A stretch of 64,000 nt of DNA from Candidatus Haiyanarchaeum thermophilum (GTDB lineage Archaea; Nanobdellota; Nanobdellia; JAPDLS01; Haiyanarchaeaceae). Where the stretch lies: NCBI GenBank assembly GCA_025920425.1, contig JAPDLS010000001.1:92288-156287 (forward strand). The letters are read 5' to 3'. Shown here piece after piece: positions 29,987 to 41,532 of this stretch. The notes below the pieces were generated by a model, which searched no databases, was not told the DNA's origin, and worked only from the letters and a program-made list of their open reading frames with translations. The first letter of the stretch is position 1. Every line of letters starts with the position of its first letter. The translations under genes were made by a program, and so were the position numbers.

Positions 29987-30724
29987 TTACCTTAGGAAGA
30001 TCCTGATATTTTCTTGAAAGACTTTCTCATTATCTCCAATAGCTCTTTCTACACTTAGTATGGAGGCTTGATAAAAATCATCATCACACTGAAGTCCGAA
30101 ATCGCTTTCAAATACTACCATATTTTCCAGTCCATCCTCCATAGCTTTAGCTACCTTCTCATTTGGTATATAAAAGAGGAAGTTTGAAGGGGAAGTTCCT
30201 AAAAGGAGGTTTCCTTCCAATCTTCTAAGTTGTCTAGCATTAATTTCAGTAAGATAATTGTAGAGAGCATCTACTCCATGCGCTACATAGATTAAAGCAT
30301 CATATTCCCTAATGTATCGGGAGAGTATCTCTAGGAACTCCTTAGTGAAATAATGACCATGAATTTGGATTTTTTTGAAGTTTTGAGAAAGAGCATCTTC
30401 GATCAAGTTTACCTTTTTCATATAGGGATGTATATCATCAGCCCCTATCTTAACGAACTGAAATTTGGAGATTTTCTTCAATTTTCCTATGTTTTCTCTA
30501 GGCGTGAGATAAATGCCAGGATAAATATATGGTGCTTTTTCCAGTATAGCCTTAACTAATGGTAAGTTTGGAGGAATGAAAATGCCTACGATCTTATCGA
30601 TGTTATACCTTTTTCTGATTCCTCCCACTCGTTTTAGGTCCTCATCTAAACTAATATCCATACTCCACCCGGGAACTAATCTCGGAGCTGGGTAATGGAA
30701 ATGAAAGTGCCCATCGTTGATCAT
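29987..30724 (-). CDS. metal-dependent hydrolase, amidohydrolase/TIM-barrel family
   Basis: N-terminal DGHFHF metal-binding motif and FESDF near the C-terminus. Confidence 0.45.
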   Translation of the reverse strand: MINDGHFHFHYPAPRLVPGWSMDISLDEDLKRVGGIRKRYNIDKIVGIFIPPNLPLVKAILEKAPYIYPGIYLTPRENIGKLKKISKFQFVKIGADDIHPYMKKVNLIEDALSQNFKKIQIHGHYFTKEFLEILSRYIREYDALIYVAHGVDALYNYLTEINARQLRRLEGNLLLGTSPSNFLFYIPNEKVAKAMEDGLENMVVFESDFGLQCDDDFYQASILSVERAIGDNEKVFQENIRIFLR

Positions 30725-30762
30725 AAGCCAAAAAGTAAGAAGAAAAGTTGGCTAGATACCAT

Positions 30763-32031
30763 TTACTTGAGCGGTACAACGTCAATACAAACTCCTGCTC
30801 CTATAGTTCTACCCATGTCCCTTATAGCAAAGCTCGCGAGCTGTGGGATTTTGTCCTTTTTCTCTATTACCACTGGTTTAGTAGGTTCCACTACGATTAC
30901 TGCTACATCTCCAGTTTTCAGTGACTCCGGATTTTCCTCAATTGTTTCACCTGTCCTAGGATCTATCTTCTTCAATATCTTCTTGATCTTACATGCTACC
31001 TGGGCCGTATGCATATGGAATACCGGTGTGTAACCTGCAGTAATCATAGTCGGATGGTATAGGACTACCATTTGAGCTGTGAACTCCTTCGCCACGGTTG
31101 GTGGATCTTCAGGATGTCCTATTACATCTCCCCGCTTCAGTTGCTCTTTTGTCACTCCGCGCAGGTTTACTCCTACATTATCCCCAGGGATAGCTTCAGG
31201 CAGCCTCTCGTGATGCATTTCAATGCTTTTCACTTCAGCTATGAGATTTGGTGGCTGAATTATCACTTTATCATTCTCCCTCAACCTTCCTGTTACCACT
31301 CTTCCTACTGGTACCGTACCTACTCCTGTGATGGAATACACTTCTTGGATAGGCATTCTCAATGGTAGGTTGATTGGTGGCTCAGGCACCTGTAGATTAT
31401 CGAGAGCCTCAACCAATGTTGGCCCCTTCCACCACTTCATATTTTCTGAAGGTTTTACTAAGTTATCCCCCTTCAATCCTGAGATAGGAATAATCTGGAT
31501 CTTGCTTACATCATAACCTATCGTCTTAAGGAATTTCTGGACCTCATCCCTGACTTGATTGAATCTCTTTTCATCGTAATTGGCGGCATCCATTTTGCTG
31601 ATAGCCACTATTAGTTGTTTCACTCCAAGTACCTTGCAGAGATAGGCATGTTCCCTAGTCTGAGGTTGAATTCCATCTACGGCGTCTATTACTAGTACAG
31701 CAGCATCAGCTTGCGAAGCTCCGGTGATCATATTCTTCACGAAGTCCACATGCCCAGGTGCATCGATAATGGTGAAGTAATACTTCTTGGTATCAAATCT
31801 CCTATGTGCTAAGTCGATGGTCATCCCCCTGAGTCTTTCATCTTTGCTTACATCGAGGATGAAGGCCCACTCGAATGTAGTTTTCCCTAGAGCTTGAATT
31901 TCCTTCTTGAATTTCTCCAGGTCTTGGTCGGTTACAGCCCCTGTTTCATACAATAACCTTCCTACAGTAGTAGACTTCCCATGATCTACATGGCCTACGA
32001 AGATGAGGTTGAGATGTGGCTTCTTCTCCAT
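30763..32031 (-). CDS. tuf: translation elongation factor 1-alpha (aEF-1A)
   Basis: GTPase motifs [18 protein letters not shown]; 422 aa. Confidence 0.95.
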   Translation of the reverse strand: MEKKPHLNLIFVGHVDHGKSTTVGRLLYETGAVTDQDLEKFKKEIQALGKTTFEWAFILDVSKDERLRGMTIDLAHRRFDTKKYYFTIIDAPGHVDFVKNMITGASQADAAVLVIDAVDGIQPQTREHAYLCKVLGVKQLIVAISKMDAANYDEKRFNQVRDEVQKFLKTIGYDVSKIQIIPISGLKGDNLVKPSENMKWWKGPTLVEALDNLQVPEPPINLPLRMPIQEVYSITGVGTVPVGRVVTGRLRENDKVIIQPPNLIAEVKSIEMHHERLPEAIPGDNVGVNLRGVTKEQLKRGDVIGHPEDPPTVAKEFTAQMVVLYHPTMITAGYTPVFHMHTAQVACKIKKILKKIDPRTGETIEENPESLKTGDVAVIVVEPTKPVVIEKKDKIPQLASFAIRDMGRTIGAGVCIDVVPLK

Positions 32032-32099
32032 TTCAATCCCCTATATCTATAAAACCAAGTGATTTAAAAACATTACCATCTTCTTCGAGGAATTGAGAA

Positions 32100-34301
32100 T
32101 TACTCCTCAATAATCCCCTTTCTCTTTCTAATCTGTTTAATGATTTCTTCTTCTAGGGAAGTGGGGAGTTTCTCAAATCTAGAGTCAACTAGAAACCATG
32201 CCCCCCTTCCTTCAGTAGTGCTCCTCAGCTCATCTGTGAATCCAAACATTTCAGCTACAGGCAGGTCGCAGATGAGAATACCTCTTCCATCTTCCTCTTT
32301 TACCTCTAGTAGTTGTCCCCTTCTACTCTGGATGATCTTTATTACTTTCCCACTGTACTCGGGAGGAAGATCTATCCTGATCCTCTGGATAGGCTCCATT
32401 AGGATCGGTTTGGCTTGGAGGATAGCATCCCTAATGGCACTCTTCACAGCAGGAATTACCTGAGCAGGTCCCCTATGAATTGAATCCTCATGGAGTACAC
32501 AATGGACTAGTTTAACTTTGATTCCGAAACACTTTTCATGTGCGAGGGGGCCCCTCTTCATAGCATCCTCGAAAGCAGTCAAACACATTTCCATCACTTC
32601 ACCTATATGCACTACTCCTCTAGTTTCATCGATGAATATATTTCTTTCATAGATGTGCTTTACCCTTTTAGCTTCTTCCCTATCCATTCCAGCTTCAACC
32701 AATTTGCTCCAAAGTTCCTCAGTTTTTCGCTTGATTTTTCCTTCAGGTATATCTCCCCGTACGATGGCTTCATAAACCCCTTTTTCCAGAGGTTCAACCA
32801 CTATATAGAACTTGTTATGTTTATTTGGGGATTTACCCTCTACCACAGGGCTTTTATCGGTAACGCTTTCTCTATATACCACTATGGGGTTAGACTTGGT
32901 TATGGGAATTCCTCGCTCCACACTTATTTTATATTCGACTATTTCTAGGTGAAGTTCTCCTAGCCCAGAGACAAGGTTTTCTCCTGTCTCTGGATTAATC
33001 TCTACCTTGATAGTAGGATCTTCTTTTGCAATGTCATTGAGGGCTTCGATGAGCTTAGGGAGATCCCCTGGTCTTGTGGGTTCAATGGCCTTAGTTACTA
33101 CTGGCTCAAAGATATGCTTGATCTCCTCAAATGGGGTTACAGGTTCTCTGCTCACAGTTTCTCCAGCATTTATTCCCTTCAGCCCGATCAATCCACATAT
33201 GTTTCCAGCATATACTTCATCGATAGGGTAACGATGAGCACCTCTCCATACTAATATCTGTTGAACTTTCTGCACGCTCTTGGCTGAGTTAAGATATACT
33301 TCCTCGCCCCGTGTCAACTTCCCAGCGAAGAGACGTCCTACAGCAATTTCTCCAGCTTGGGGATCGACGATAATCTTAGACACGCAGAAAATTGGTTTGA
33401 AGTTATGGTCACATGCTAGCAGAGCTTTTCCCACATCTGAATCTAGATCTCCACTCCAGATCCTTGGAATCCTGTACTTTTGAGCTTCGACAGGACTTGG
33501 TAGATGCTTTATTATCATTTCTAGCAAAATTTTGTGGAGAGGAGCTTTCTTCGCAAATTCCTCAATCTTCCCCTCTCTATACGCCTGGATTACATCCTTA
33601 AAGGAGAGGTTAGTTTTTTGCATGTAAGGATAACTTAGCGCCCATTTTTCCAGAGCAGAACCAAAGGCTACTGTACCTTCATTTACCCTTAACTGCCATT
33701 TCTCTTTAAATGGGGAGGGGGCGAGGGCAGCTATTAGTTCGTTGACATTCATTATTACCTTGATGAACCTCTCCTGAATTTTCTCAGGAGGTAATTTTAG
33801 TTCGTTGATTAATCTATCTACTTTATTCAAAAAGAGCACAGGTTTTACCCCTTCTTTAAGAGATTGCCTCAACACCGTCTCGGTTTGAGGCATTACTCCT
33901 TCCACAGCATCGATGACGAGGAGAGCACCATCTATAATCCTAACAGCCCTAGTTACATGCCCCCCAAAATCTACATGTCCTGGAGTATCTACTAAGTTTA
34001 TTAAATATTCTTCCCCATCTATCTCAAAAACAATATTGGCATCCGCACTCTTAATCGTCATCTGCCTCTCTTGCTCGATCTTTACATAGTCCAATGCTAA
34101 CTTTTTTCCAGCTACTTCCCAAGAGAGCATGCCAGCTCCAGCTAAAAGGGAGTCGCACGTAGTGGTCTCGATGGGTTCTAAACTTGAAGTTTAGAACTTT
34201 CCATGATCTACGTGCGCGATAGTTCCTATGTTTCTAATCCTCTCCTTTTCCTTCATCAATCTGTTTATCTTTTGAATGAGCTCCTCCTCCTTTGTTCCCA
34301 T
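32100..34301 (-). CDS. fusA: translation elongation factor 2 (aEF-2) in two exons, 34301..34199 and 34168..32100, separated by a 30-nt bulge-helix-bulge intron
   Basis: Exon 1 encodes [35 protein letters not shown]; exon 2 continues [12 protein letters not shown]...DTPGHVDF; between them lie 30 nt with an in-frame TAA that fold as a BHB motif; joined product is 723 aa. Confidence 0.85.
34169..34198 (-). other. predicted archaeal BHB intron inside the EF-2 P-loop coding region
   Basis: Transcript-sense 5'-AGUUCUAAACUUCAAGUUUAGAACCCAUCG-3'; central helix AUGG/CCAU, 3-nt bulges AAA and CGA, 10-bp inner helix with UCA loop; cutting after the 2nd nt of each bulge restores the frame. Confidence 0.75.
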
Positions 34302-34333
34302 AGCACATCACCTCTTCAAGAAAGGTGAAAGCA

Positions 34334-34343
34334 TTTAAAATTT
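34334..34343 (-). promoter_or_regulatory. putative TATA-like element upstream of fusA, followed by a GAGGTGA Shine-Dalgarno-like sequence before the ATG
   Basis: AT-rich AAAATTTTAAAT about 38 nt upstream of the start codon in the S7-fusA intergenic region; inference only. Confidence 0.25.
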
Positions 34344-34354
34344 TTTGGTTTTTC

Positions 34355-34945
34355 TTACCTAGATGCTAGAGCCTGCCTCTCCACCTCTATTTTCTTCGAG
34401 ACGGAAAAGCTCTTCAGATCGTTCTTGCTAGCCAAGATCAATTCATCTGCGAGGGCTTCAGAGATCTTCTTTTTGGAAGTCACAGCAGCATTATATGCTC
34501 CTTGTGCTATCCAACGTAGAGCTAAATCTATCCTCCTCTGGGGGGAGCAATCAACAGCTTTTGGATACCTTACCCCTCCATATTCTATAGTGGTGGTCTC
34601 TTCTCTCGGAGCTGAGTTCTCAATCGCTCTCACAAGTACTTCTACTGGATTCATTGATGTCTTCTTTTCAATTAATTCAAATGCCTTTTTAACGATTCTG
34701 TAACCCAAATAGAACTTTCCAACATTCCTTCCTGATGTTCTCCAATGCTTTTTCCCTTTATGTCCGGAGACCAACAATTTGTTGATGAGCCTCTCTACTA
34801 TATGCACCTTACTTTTTCCAAACCTCTTCTTCGCCAGCCTTCCATGACTTCTTGGGAGGAGTTTTGGATCTAAATTGATGTATGGAGCTAATCCAGGATC
34901 ATTCACCTTTATTCCATTACACTCCCATCTATCGAAGAGCTTCAT
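34355..34945 (-). CDS. rps7: 30S ribosomal protein S7 (uS7)
   Basis: S7-like sequence, 196 aa, in S12-S7-EF-2 order. Confidence 0.9.
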   Translation of the reverse strand: MKLFDRWECNGIKVNDPGLAPYINLDPKLLPRSHGRLAKKRFGKSKVHIVERLINKLLVSGHKGKKHWRTSGRNVGKFYLGYRIVKKAFELIEKKTSMNPVEVLVRAIENSAPREETTTIEYGGVRYPKAVDCSPQRRIDLALRWIAQGAYNAAVTSKKKISEALADELILASKNDLKSFSVSKKIEVERQALASR

Positions 34946-35376
34946 CTCAATGGCTTTTCCTTCCTCCCAGCCAAAATTTCCTTTAGAGCTACTCCATTTA
35001 CCTTTACTACTTTGAAATTAACTCCAGGAAGATCTCCCCTCGCTCCCCTCTGAGCTCCTCCAATTTTCTCTACCACCACTTCATTATGCTCATCTATATG
35101 CTTAATTGCCCCCATGCCTGGGCAAAAGGCAGTGATCACTATATTATTCTTTACGAGCTGCACTTTCACACATTTCCTGAGCCCGCTATTAGGCTTTCTT
35201 GGCTCTATTGCCACTTTCTCTATGACTATTCCCCTCCCCATTGGGGCTCCCTCCAAAGGATCGGTCTTAATCCATTCCCCAGTAGCTCTTACCCACTTAC
35301 CTTTCTTTGCGAACTTGAACTTTTTCCTATCTTCCTTGATTTTTCTCCCACTGAAGAGACCTCTTCCCATTTTCAA
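34942..35376 (-). CDS. rps12: 30S ribosomal protein S12 (uS12)
   Basis: Conserved S12 core (PNSGLRKCVKVQLVKNN). Confidence 0.9.
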   Translation of the reverse strand: MKMGRGLFSGRKIKEDRKKFKFAKKGKWVRATGEWIKTDPLEGAPMGRGIVIEKVAIEPRKPNSGLRKCVKVQLVKNNIVITAFCPGMGAIKHIDEHNEVVVEKIGGAQRGARGDLPGVNFKVVKVNGVALKEILAGRKEKPLR

Positions 35377-35783
35377 GAGATGAGCACATCATCTATCTCA
35401 AAATATTTTTGGAGCATCAATTTAGCTCGCCTCAATTTACTTCCAGTGAGGGGATGATTTTTAACTGTTTCGATACGCATTATCTTCTTCCCTCCCTGCT
35501 CATGCAGTTGCACATTTCCCACCTTGAGGGGCTTGAAGATGTTGCGTACGAAGATTTTGGGATCTGGAGAGAACTCCATAACCTCCACCTCTTTTCCAGT
35601 AATTTCACTCACCTTCCTCACATTTTTTCCATCCTTTCCGATGGCGATGCCTGCTTCTCCTTCATTCACCACGAAAATGAGTTTGTTGTCCTCTATCAAG
35701 CAGTCCTTGATGGTAGCTCCGGTTAGGGTTTCAAGCAATGTAATATACCTCATTACCTCAGAATTGAGCTTAATCTTCACCAT
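35373..35783 (-). CDS. nusA: archaeal NusA-like protein (two KH domains)
   Basis: 136-aa KH-domain protein (GKDGKNVRK) in the conserved slot between L30e and S12. Confidence 0.8.
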   Translation of the reverse strand: MVKIKLNSEVMRYITLLETLTGATIKDCLIEDNKLIFVVNEGEAGIAIGKDGKNVRKVSEITGKEVEVMEFSPDPKIFVRNIFKPLKVGNVQLHEQGGKKIMRIETVKNHPLTGSKLRRAKLMLQKYFEIDDVLIS

Positions 35784-36039
35784 TTTTGAGGATCCCTAAT
35801 ACACTGATCCCATGTTTTCTTCCACAAATTACCCCTAGCTCATAATTCGAACCATCGAAGTTTACTAACTTCACCTTAAAACTTTGAGCTACATCCTCAA
35901 ATTTCTTTCTCAGCATTTCAGGACAATTTTTGGATAGATAGATCTTACGTACCTTACCTGAGAGGAGAGCCTTCCATACTTCTCTCGCCCCAATTACCTT
36001 ATTACTTCTCTTTAGCTCCTCTATTTCCTCCATCCTCAC
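35770..36039 (-). CDS. rpl30e: 50S ribosomal protein L30e
   Basis: 89-aa L30e-like sequence between rpoA'' and nusA. Confidence 0.8.
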   Translation of the reverse strand: MRMEEIEELKRSNKVIGAREVWKALLSGKVRKIYLSKNCPEMLRKKFEDVAQSFKVKLVNFDGSNYELGVICGRKHGISVLGILKNGED

Positions 36040-37147
36040 TCACGCCATATATGAGTTTCGGTATTCCAGTGCCTATTGGAATTGGCTGATTGGCTATAAC
36101 ATTTGGAATGATGCTCCTGAATTCATCTATCTCATTGAAGATAGAGGCCTCCACTAAGTGGTGGAGAGGAATTTCAAAGCTAGCTCTGGTAAGCACACTT
36201 GCTTTTTCTCCAGTGATTCCGTATCTGGTCACTCCTCTAATCCTACCGCTCCAACACATTAGGTCAGCAATTAGTAAAATGTGCCTAATATCCACCACTA
36301 CCCCCTGCTCCGAAAGAGTTCTCTCTATTTCTTCTACGATCATATTCCTCGCCGCTTCTATTCCTAGTACTCTAGCCACTTCAAATATATCGTTTGTGAT
36401 CGTACGAGTTGGATCTACCTCCTTCAACTTGAGAACATCTTTAAGATTCGAGCCGCTAGTTTTAATTATCCATTCATCTCTCTCCTTAATTGGAAGCACT
36501 TGCTTAATTCCATGAATTCCTTTGATGTGGAGGTTCTCCACGAAGTTCTTAGCATCATATAACTCCTTAACCCCTATCCTCCTCCTCTTTGGAGTAAGGA
36601 TAATCCAATTTTCCTTCTTCCTGATCTTAAAGGCTTTAAGAAGATTTCTGAGAGCAGCATTTACCTCATCAAACCTAACTCCTAGTGCCTTCATCTTCTT
36701 CAAATTGAGGAGGATCTCAATCCTCTTTTCAATTAGATCAATGGTGATTTCATCTGCTATATTCTTGCAGGTGATCTCTAGGAGTTTCTTAGCAACTCTC
36801 TTGGCATCCTCAGCATTCCTATACTCCTTCTTTAGATAGATCTGCATCGTCGGAGTAGATGGTTCCTTTTTAGCATCTAAGATCTCGATAAGCCTAGGTA
36901 AGCCCAAGGTGATGGTAATTTCCCCAACTCCTGAAGTAAGCTTAGTTCTCATAGTAAGTTGAGTTCCTGGCTCACCTATGGATTGGGCAGCTACTACTCC
37001 TATAGCTACTCCAGGAGTGATCAAACATGATTCCCAGGCTTTCCTCACGTTGGCTATAATTTTCTCTTTCTCTTCCTTTCCTAGTTTTTTCTCCTCACAA
37101 ATTCGATTTATCTCTTCCAAAATTTTAGGTGGAAGCTCTAAGTTCAT
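36002..37147 (-). CDS. rpoA2: DNA-directed RNA polymerase subunit A''
   Basis: 381 aa with conserved largest-subunit C-terminal blocks; follows rpoA'. Confidence 0.9.
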   Translation of the reverse strand: MNLELPPKILEEINRICEEKKLGKEEKEKIIANVRKAWESCLITPGVAIGVVAAQSIGEPGTQLTMRTKLTSGVGEITITLGLPRLIEILDAKKEPSTPTMQIYLKKEYRNAEDAKRVAKKLLEITCKNIADEITIDLIEKRIEILLNLKKMKALGVRFDEVNAALRNLLKAFKIRKKENWIILTPKRRRIGVKELYDAKNFVENLHIKGIHGIKQVLPIKERDEWIIKTSGSNLKDVLKLKEVDPTRTITNDIFEVARVLGIEAARNMIVEEIERTLSEQGVVVDIRHILLIADLMCWSGRIRGVTRYGITGEKASVLTRASFEIPLHHLVEASIFNEIDEFRSIIPNVIANQPIPIGTGIPKLIYGVSEDGGNRGAKEK

Positions 37148-39743
37148 TTATCACACCTTCAACGATTTTGTGAAATGTTGGGTCTAATCCATCCTCCCCA
37201 TATATGAATTGGACTATTTTATTTTCACTATCTCTCACGCTTAGGTCGTAGGAGACCTTCAGATCTTGGAGAGCATTTACAAGCCTCCTCTGTAAGTAAC
37301 CCGATCTTGGAGTTCTCAAGCTGGTATCCATTACTGAATCTCTTCCAACTATAGAATGGAAGAAGAATTCGATTGGAGTGAGGCCTGCTTTGTACCCATG
37401 AGTAATGAATCCTCGAGCTGCAGCACTAAGATCTCCTCTCTCGAAATGAGGCAGAGTTCTTTCCTTATATCCTCTTCTTATTCTTAGCCCTCTCAAATTT
37501 TGCTGTCCCACGCAAGCAGCCATCGATGCTAGATTTGAGAGACTCCCCCTGGCTCCAGATCTTGCCATTTGAAGAGTTGGAATGTTTGGAGAACTTATGT
37601 ATTTCTCCACGATCTGAGCTACTTTATTTCTGGTCCTGTTGAGTTCCATCATCGCCATTAGCTCAAATGTCTCCTCCAAAGTTTTACCTGGATAGGCTTC
37701 CAGCTCACCTTTTCTATATATCTCGATGAGTCTGTCCACTTTCTCTACTCCTCTCCTGATTTCTTCCTTGATCTCCTTGATCGCCTCGGGAGGAAGATCT
37801 GTGTCGCTGATATAGATGGAGGAACCATGATACTGGAGAAATAATATCCCTAGCATAGAGACTTTCTGGATAAAATCGTATGCTTCCTTCATCCCTAGGT
37901 CATTTACGATCTTTTGAATGAGGAATCCCTTCTCTGGGGCTATAAGTTTAGCATCTATACATCCAGAAATTAGCTTCCCATTTCTGATCTTTACATATGC
38001 TCCATATTCACACTTTTCAAGCTTGCATTTTTCACATTTTCTACAACTTAAGTTCTTATCTTCATAATTAACCTTGGGGAGGGAACAGCTGAACAGAAGC
38101 TTTCCAGAATAGTACCTCTTTCCATCCTTCTTCACATCTGGCTCAGGCATATCATATATTCCCATAAAATACAATATCTTCTGAGCTTCATCCTCCTCTA
38201 CTAGAGTATCTGGCTGTGTGAGCAGGTAACATCCCAGTACATAATCTTGAATACATCCTATGATAGGAAGACCATATCTTGGAGTAAGAATATGTTGTCT
38301 GACACTCATAAGGATTTCAGCTTCAGCTCGAGCTTCCTCAGTCTGAGGCACATGCAGGTTCATCTCATCCCCATCAAAGTCAGCGTTATATGGGATGGTA
38401 GCACATACATTGATTCTAAAGCTTCTATATGGAAGTACTTTCACCCTATGGGCTATAATGCTTATCTTATGGAGACTTGGCTGCCTGTTGAAGAGTACTA
38501 TATCCCCATCCTGTAATTGTCTCTCCACGATATATCCTGGGGCAAGCTCTTTGAGGATGAGTTCCTTTGTCTCTTTAGTTACCCTCTTCCTCTTATTATC
38601 TGGCGTGACTACATAAAGGGCGCATGGATAATTTTCAGCATTTTCTATGTATTTCTTCATTTGCTCAATATTGAGTTCATTCACTCTCTCAGGAACGGTA
38701 AGTTCCATTGCTATTTCTAGTGGCACTCCTACCTCATCTATACCAATGAATGGATCCGGAGATATCACGGTTCTGGCGCAGAAGTTTACCCTCTTTCCAG
38801 CGAGATGCTTCCTGAAGATTCCATCCTTTCCCCTAATCCTTTGGGCTAAGGTCTTGAGGGGCCTTCCACTTCTATGCCTTGCCACTGGAATTTGGGCTAT
38901 AGTATTGTTAAAGTATGTAGTCACATGATATTGGAGAAGTTCCCATAGGTCCTCTATGATTACTTCAGGAGCTCCCGCATTCAAATTTTCATACAATCTC
39001 TCATTATTTCTAATGATGTCACTTAACTTATGTGTGAGATCATCCTCACTCCTTTGTCCAGTCTCCAAGGTGATGGTGGGTCTCATTGATGGAGGGGGAA
39101 TTGGCAAGAGGGTTAATACTGCCCATTCAGGTCTACCGACATTCGGATCAAGGCCTAGGAGAATGCAGTCCTGATCAGGTACTTTTTCTAATCTTTCCCT
39201 TACATCTATAGGGGTAAGTTGTTTATTTCCTTCGTAGAAAGTGCTTGGCTTCTCAAGCTTGATCTTTTCCTGGATAGTATGGCAGTGAGGACATTTCTTC
39301 ACATTTTTAAGCTTATTTATTATCTGCCCTACAATATACTTTCTTCTTATCTTGCTTTCAGCCTTAAGGATCTTTGCCTTCCACTTTTCACACTCTTCGT
39401 CACTCATTAATATCCTTCCACACTTTCTGCACGTGCATCTGAGGAAATTGTAGATGAGAGGTACGTACTCCACATGGATGACTGGATAGGCCAGTTCTAT
39501 ATATCCAAAATGTCCTGGACAGTCATTTATACTCCCTCCACAAGTCCTACATCTAAGGGCAGGATCGATGGAACCCATCCTCGGATCCATAAGGCCCCCT
39601 TCAGTGGGATAACCATCAGCATCATAAAGTTCAGAAGAAGTAATTTTCACCACTGCCATCTTCTTGATCATCTCAGGAGAAAGCATTCTAAATTCAATTC
39701 CAGCTATTTTCTCTCTACAAATCTCTTGTTCCATTTCACTCAC
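37125..39743 (-). CDS. rpoA1: DNA-directed RNA polymerase subunit A'
   Basis: 872 aa with N-terminal zinc-binding clamp ([21 protein letters not shown]) and NADFDGDEM active-site motif. Confidence 0.9.
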   Translation of the reverse strand: MSEMEQEICREKIAGIEFRMLSPEMIKKMAVVKITSSELYDADGYPTEGGLMDPRMGSIDPALRCRTCGGSINDCPGHFGYIELAYPVIHVEYVPLIYNFLRCTCRKCGRILMSDEECEKWKAKILKAESKIRRKYIVGQIINKLKNVKKCPHCHTIQEKIKLEKPSTFYEGNKQLTPIDVRERLEKVPDQDCILLGLDPNVGRPEWAVLTLLPIPPPSMRPTITLETGQRSEDDLTHKLSDIIRNNERLYENLNAGAPEVIIEDLWELLQYHVTTYFNNTIAQIPVARHRSGRPLKTLAQRIRGKDGIFRKHLAGKRVNFCARTVISPDPFIGIDEVGVPLEIAMELTVPERVNELNIEQMKKYIENAENYPCALYVVTPDNKRKRVTKETKELILKELAPGYIVERQLQDGDIVLFNRQPSLHKISIIAHRVKVLPYRSFRINVCATIPYNADFDGDEMNLHVPQTEEARAEAEILMSVRQHILTPRYGLPIIGCIQDYVLGCYLLTQPDTLVEEDEAQKILYFMGIYDMPEPDVKKDGKRYYSGKLLFSCSLPKVNYEDKNLSCRKCEKCKLEKCEYGAYVKIRNGKLISGCIDAKLIAPEKGFLIQKIVNDLGMKEAYDFIQKVSMLGILFLQYHGSSIYISDTDLPPEAIKEIKEEIRRGVEKVDRLIEIYRKGELEAYPGKTLEETFELMAMMELNRTRNKVAQIVEKYISSPNIPTLQMARSGARGSLSNLASMAACVGQQNLRGLRIRRGYKERTLPHFERGDLSAAARGFITHGYKAGLTPIEFFFHSIVGRDSVMDTSLRTPRSGYLQRRLVNALQDLKVSYDLSVRDSENKIVQFIYGEDGLDPTFHKIVEGVINELRAST

Positions 39744-41532
39744 CCTTAGGTTTGAGGATCAACTTGGGATAAATACATAGGCTCTTCAGTTCATCCAATA
39801 AGAGCTTGAATGCATAGCTTACCTCTACTAAAGTAATTGGAGCATCAGCTCCACAAACCGGGCAGAAATATTTGTTCTTAGGTTTGTTATACACTGCTAC
39901 AAGGCCGCAGTTTTTACATACAGGAATTATCCATCTATCTGAATCGAATCTTTCTTTCAGGAGGAGTGAAGCTCCATGAGCCACTAGACAATCTTTCTCC
40001 ATTTCACCTAGCCTCAGTCCTCCTTCCTTACTTCTTCCTTCAGTAGGCTGTCTTGTAAGTAGTTGCATAGCCCCTCTTGCTCTAGCTTGGATTTTACCAG
40101 CTACCATGTGGCGAAGCTTGAGATAATACATGTTCCCAATGAATATCCTCACCTTGTACATCTTCCCAGAGATTCCATCATACATAGTCTCCGTCCCATT
40201 ATCCCTAAATCCGAGCTCAAGCAACCTTTTTCTAAGATCGAATTCGTTCTCATCATTCCAAGGAGTACCATCTATGTACCTTCCCTCTAAAGCACCCACC
40301 TTTCCGGCCAAAATTTCAAGCATATGACCGAAACTCAGCCTACTGGGAAGGGATTGAGGTGAGAAGATGATATCGGGCACAATTCCACTGGCAGTGAATG
40401 GCATATCTTCTTGAGGCACTATCATCCCAATTACTCCCTTCTGACCATGTCTGCTAGCAAACTTATCCCCAAGTTCAGGAATTCTATCGTCCCTCACTTT
40501 CACCTTTACTAGTTTGTTTCCCTCAGCACTTTCAGTAATAATTACATTTTCCACTATCCCCTTCTCAGCAAATTTTACCACTTCTGAAGTTTCCTTTCTT
40601 TCAAGGGTTACTCTAAATCCTCCTTCTAGAAATCTGGGTGGAGAGGTCTTTCCAATGAGTACATCTCCTGCCTTGACTTCTACCTCAGGATAAACAATTC
40701 CATCCTTCTCTAGGAATCTATAACTCTCTTCGCTCTTATATCCCCTTATATCCTTGGATGGCACTTCTATCTTATCTACCTGACCTCCAGGGTAGCGGAG
40801 CTCCTCAGATTTGTATGGCCTATAATAAGCAGATCTCCCGAATCCTCTTTCTACACTCCCTTTATTTACTACAATTGCATCCTGCATGTTATAACCATAA
40901 TGTTGCATTACAGCAACCACTATATTCTGACCAATTGGATGGGAATCGTATCCTACATAATCCTGAGTCATCGTTCTCACAATTGGCCTTTGAGGATAAA
41001 TTAAGAATGAAGAATCTGTATCAGCTCGTATGAGGAAATTGGTCACATAGAGCCCAAGCCCCTGCTCTAAAGACTTAGGTCCAAGCAAGGCTCTGAATGC
41101 CTGATTGTGTTCCACAAAGGGAATTAGCGAAGTTAATATGCCTAACATAGCTAAAGGAGTAATTTCTAGGTGAGTATGCTTCTTGGTTAACTCGCTTTCG
41201 TCCATAGCCACTAAACAATTCTCTTCCTCTTCAGCATCTAAGTATTCGATGATTCCCATCGAAATTAAATCATCCCAGCTTAGTTCCCCCTTCTCCACTT
41301 TTTCCAAGATTTCTGAAGTTAGTTTTGGCTTCCCATTCTCCACGATGATCAGAGGCCTTCTGGCCCTCCCCTTCTCAGTGAAGATCACTACTATATCCTC
41401 ATCTTCATTATAGGCTACATTGAGCTCAGGAGGCAGTTCCCCACTTCTTCTTAACTGCCTTATCTTCTCTACAAATTCTTTCGGATTTTCGCAGAATCCT
41501 ATCAACCTATTATTTAGAAATACATCCGTCAT
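39736..41532 (-). CDS. rpoB1: DNA-directed RNA polymerase subunit B' (C-terminal part of a split B subunit)
   Basis: 598 aa with conserved second-largest-subunit C-terminal blocks and C-terminal zinc ribbon (CKNCG...CPVCG). Confidence 0.9.
   Translation of the reverse strand: MTDVFLNNRLIGFCENPKEFVEKIRQLRRSGELPPELNVAYNEDEDIVVIFTEKGRARRPLIIVENGKPKLTSEILEKVEKGELSWDDLISMGIIEYLDAEEEENCLVAMDESELTKKHTHLEITPLAMLGILTSLIPFVEHNQAFRALLGPKSLEQGLGLYVTNFLIRADTDSSFLIYPQRPIVRTMTQDYVGYDSHPIGQNIVVAVMQHYGYNMQDAIVVNKGSVERGFGRSAYYRPYKSEELRYPGGQVDKIEVPSKDIRGYKSEESYRFLEKDGIVYPEVEVKAGDVLIGKTSPPRFLEGGFRVTLERKETSEVVKFAEKGIVENVIITESAEGNKLVKVKVRDDRIPELGDKFASRHGQKGVIGMIVPQEDMPFTASGIVPDIIFSPQSLPSRLSFGHMLEILAGKVGALEGRYIDGTPWNDENEFDLRKRLLELGFRDNGTETMYDGISGKMYKVRIFIGNMYYLKLRHMVAGKIQARARGAMQLLTRQPTEGRSKEGGLRLGEMEKDCLVAHGASLLLKERFDSDRWIIPVCKNCGLVAVYNKPKNKYFCPVCGADAPITLVEVSYAFKLLLDELKSLCIYPKLILKPKGE

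Noticed and set aside
32100-34130. EF-2 as an N-terminally truncated pseudogene lacking the G1 motif
   Set aside because: The missing N-terminus including AHVDHGK is encoded in-frame 30 nt upstream (34199..34301), and the intervening 30 nt form a canonical splice motif, so the gene is interrupted rather than decayed.
34169-34198. Programmed translational bypass, stop-codon readthrough or recoding at the in-frame TAA in fusA
   Set aside because: Readthrough would insert ten residues into the P-loop. The flanks show no matching take-off and landing codons. The bulge-helix-bulge geometry with cut sites that restore the frame exactly is the simpler explanation, though only transcript data can settle it.
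34169-34198. The 10-bp hairpin as an intrinsic transcription terminator or attenuator
   Set aside because: It lies inside the coding region of an essential gene, has no following T-tract, and is flanked by bulges and a central helix in splice-motif geometry.
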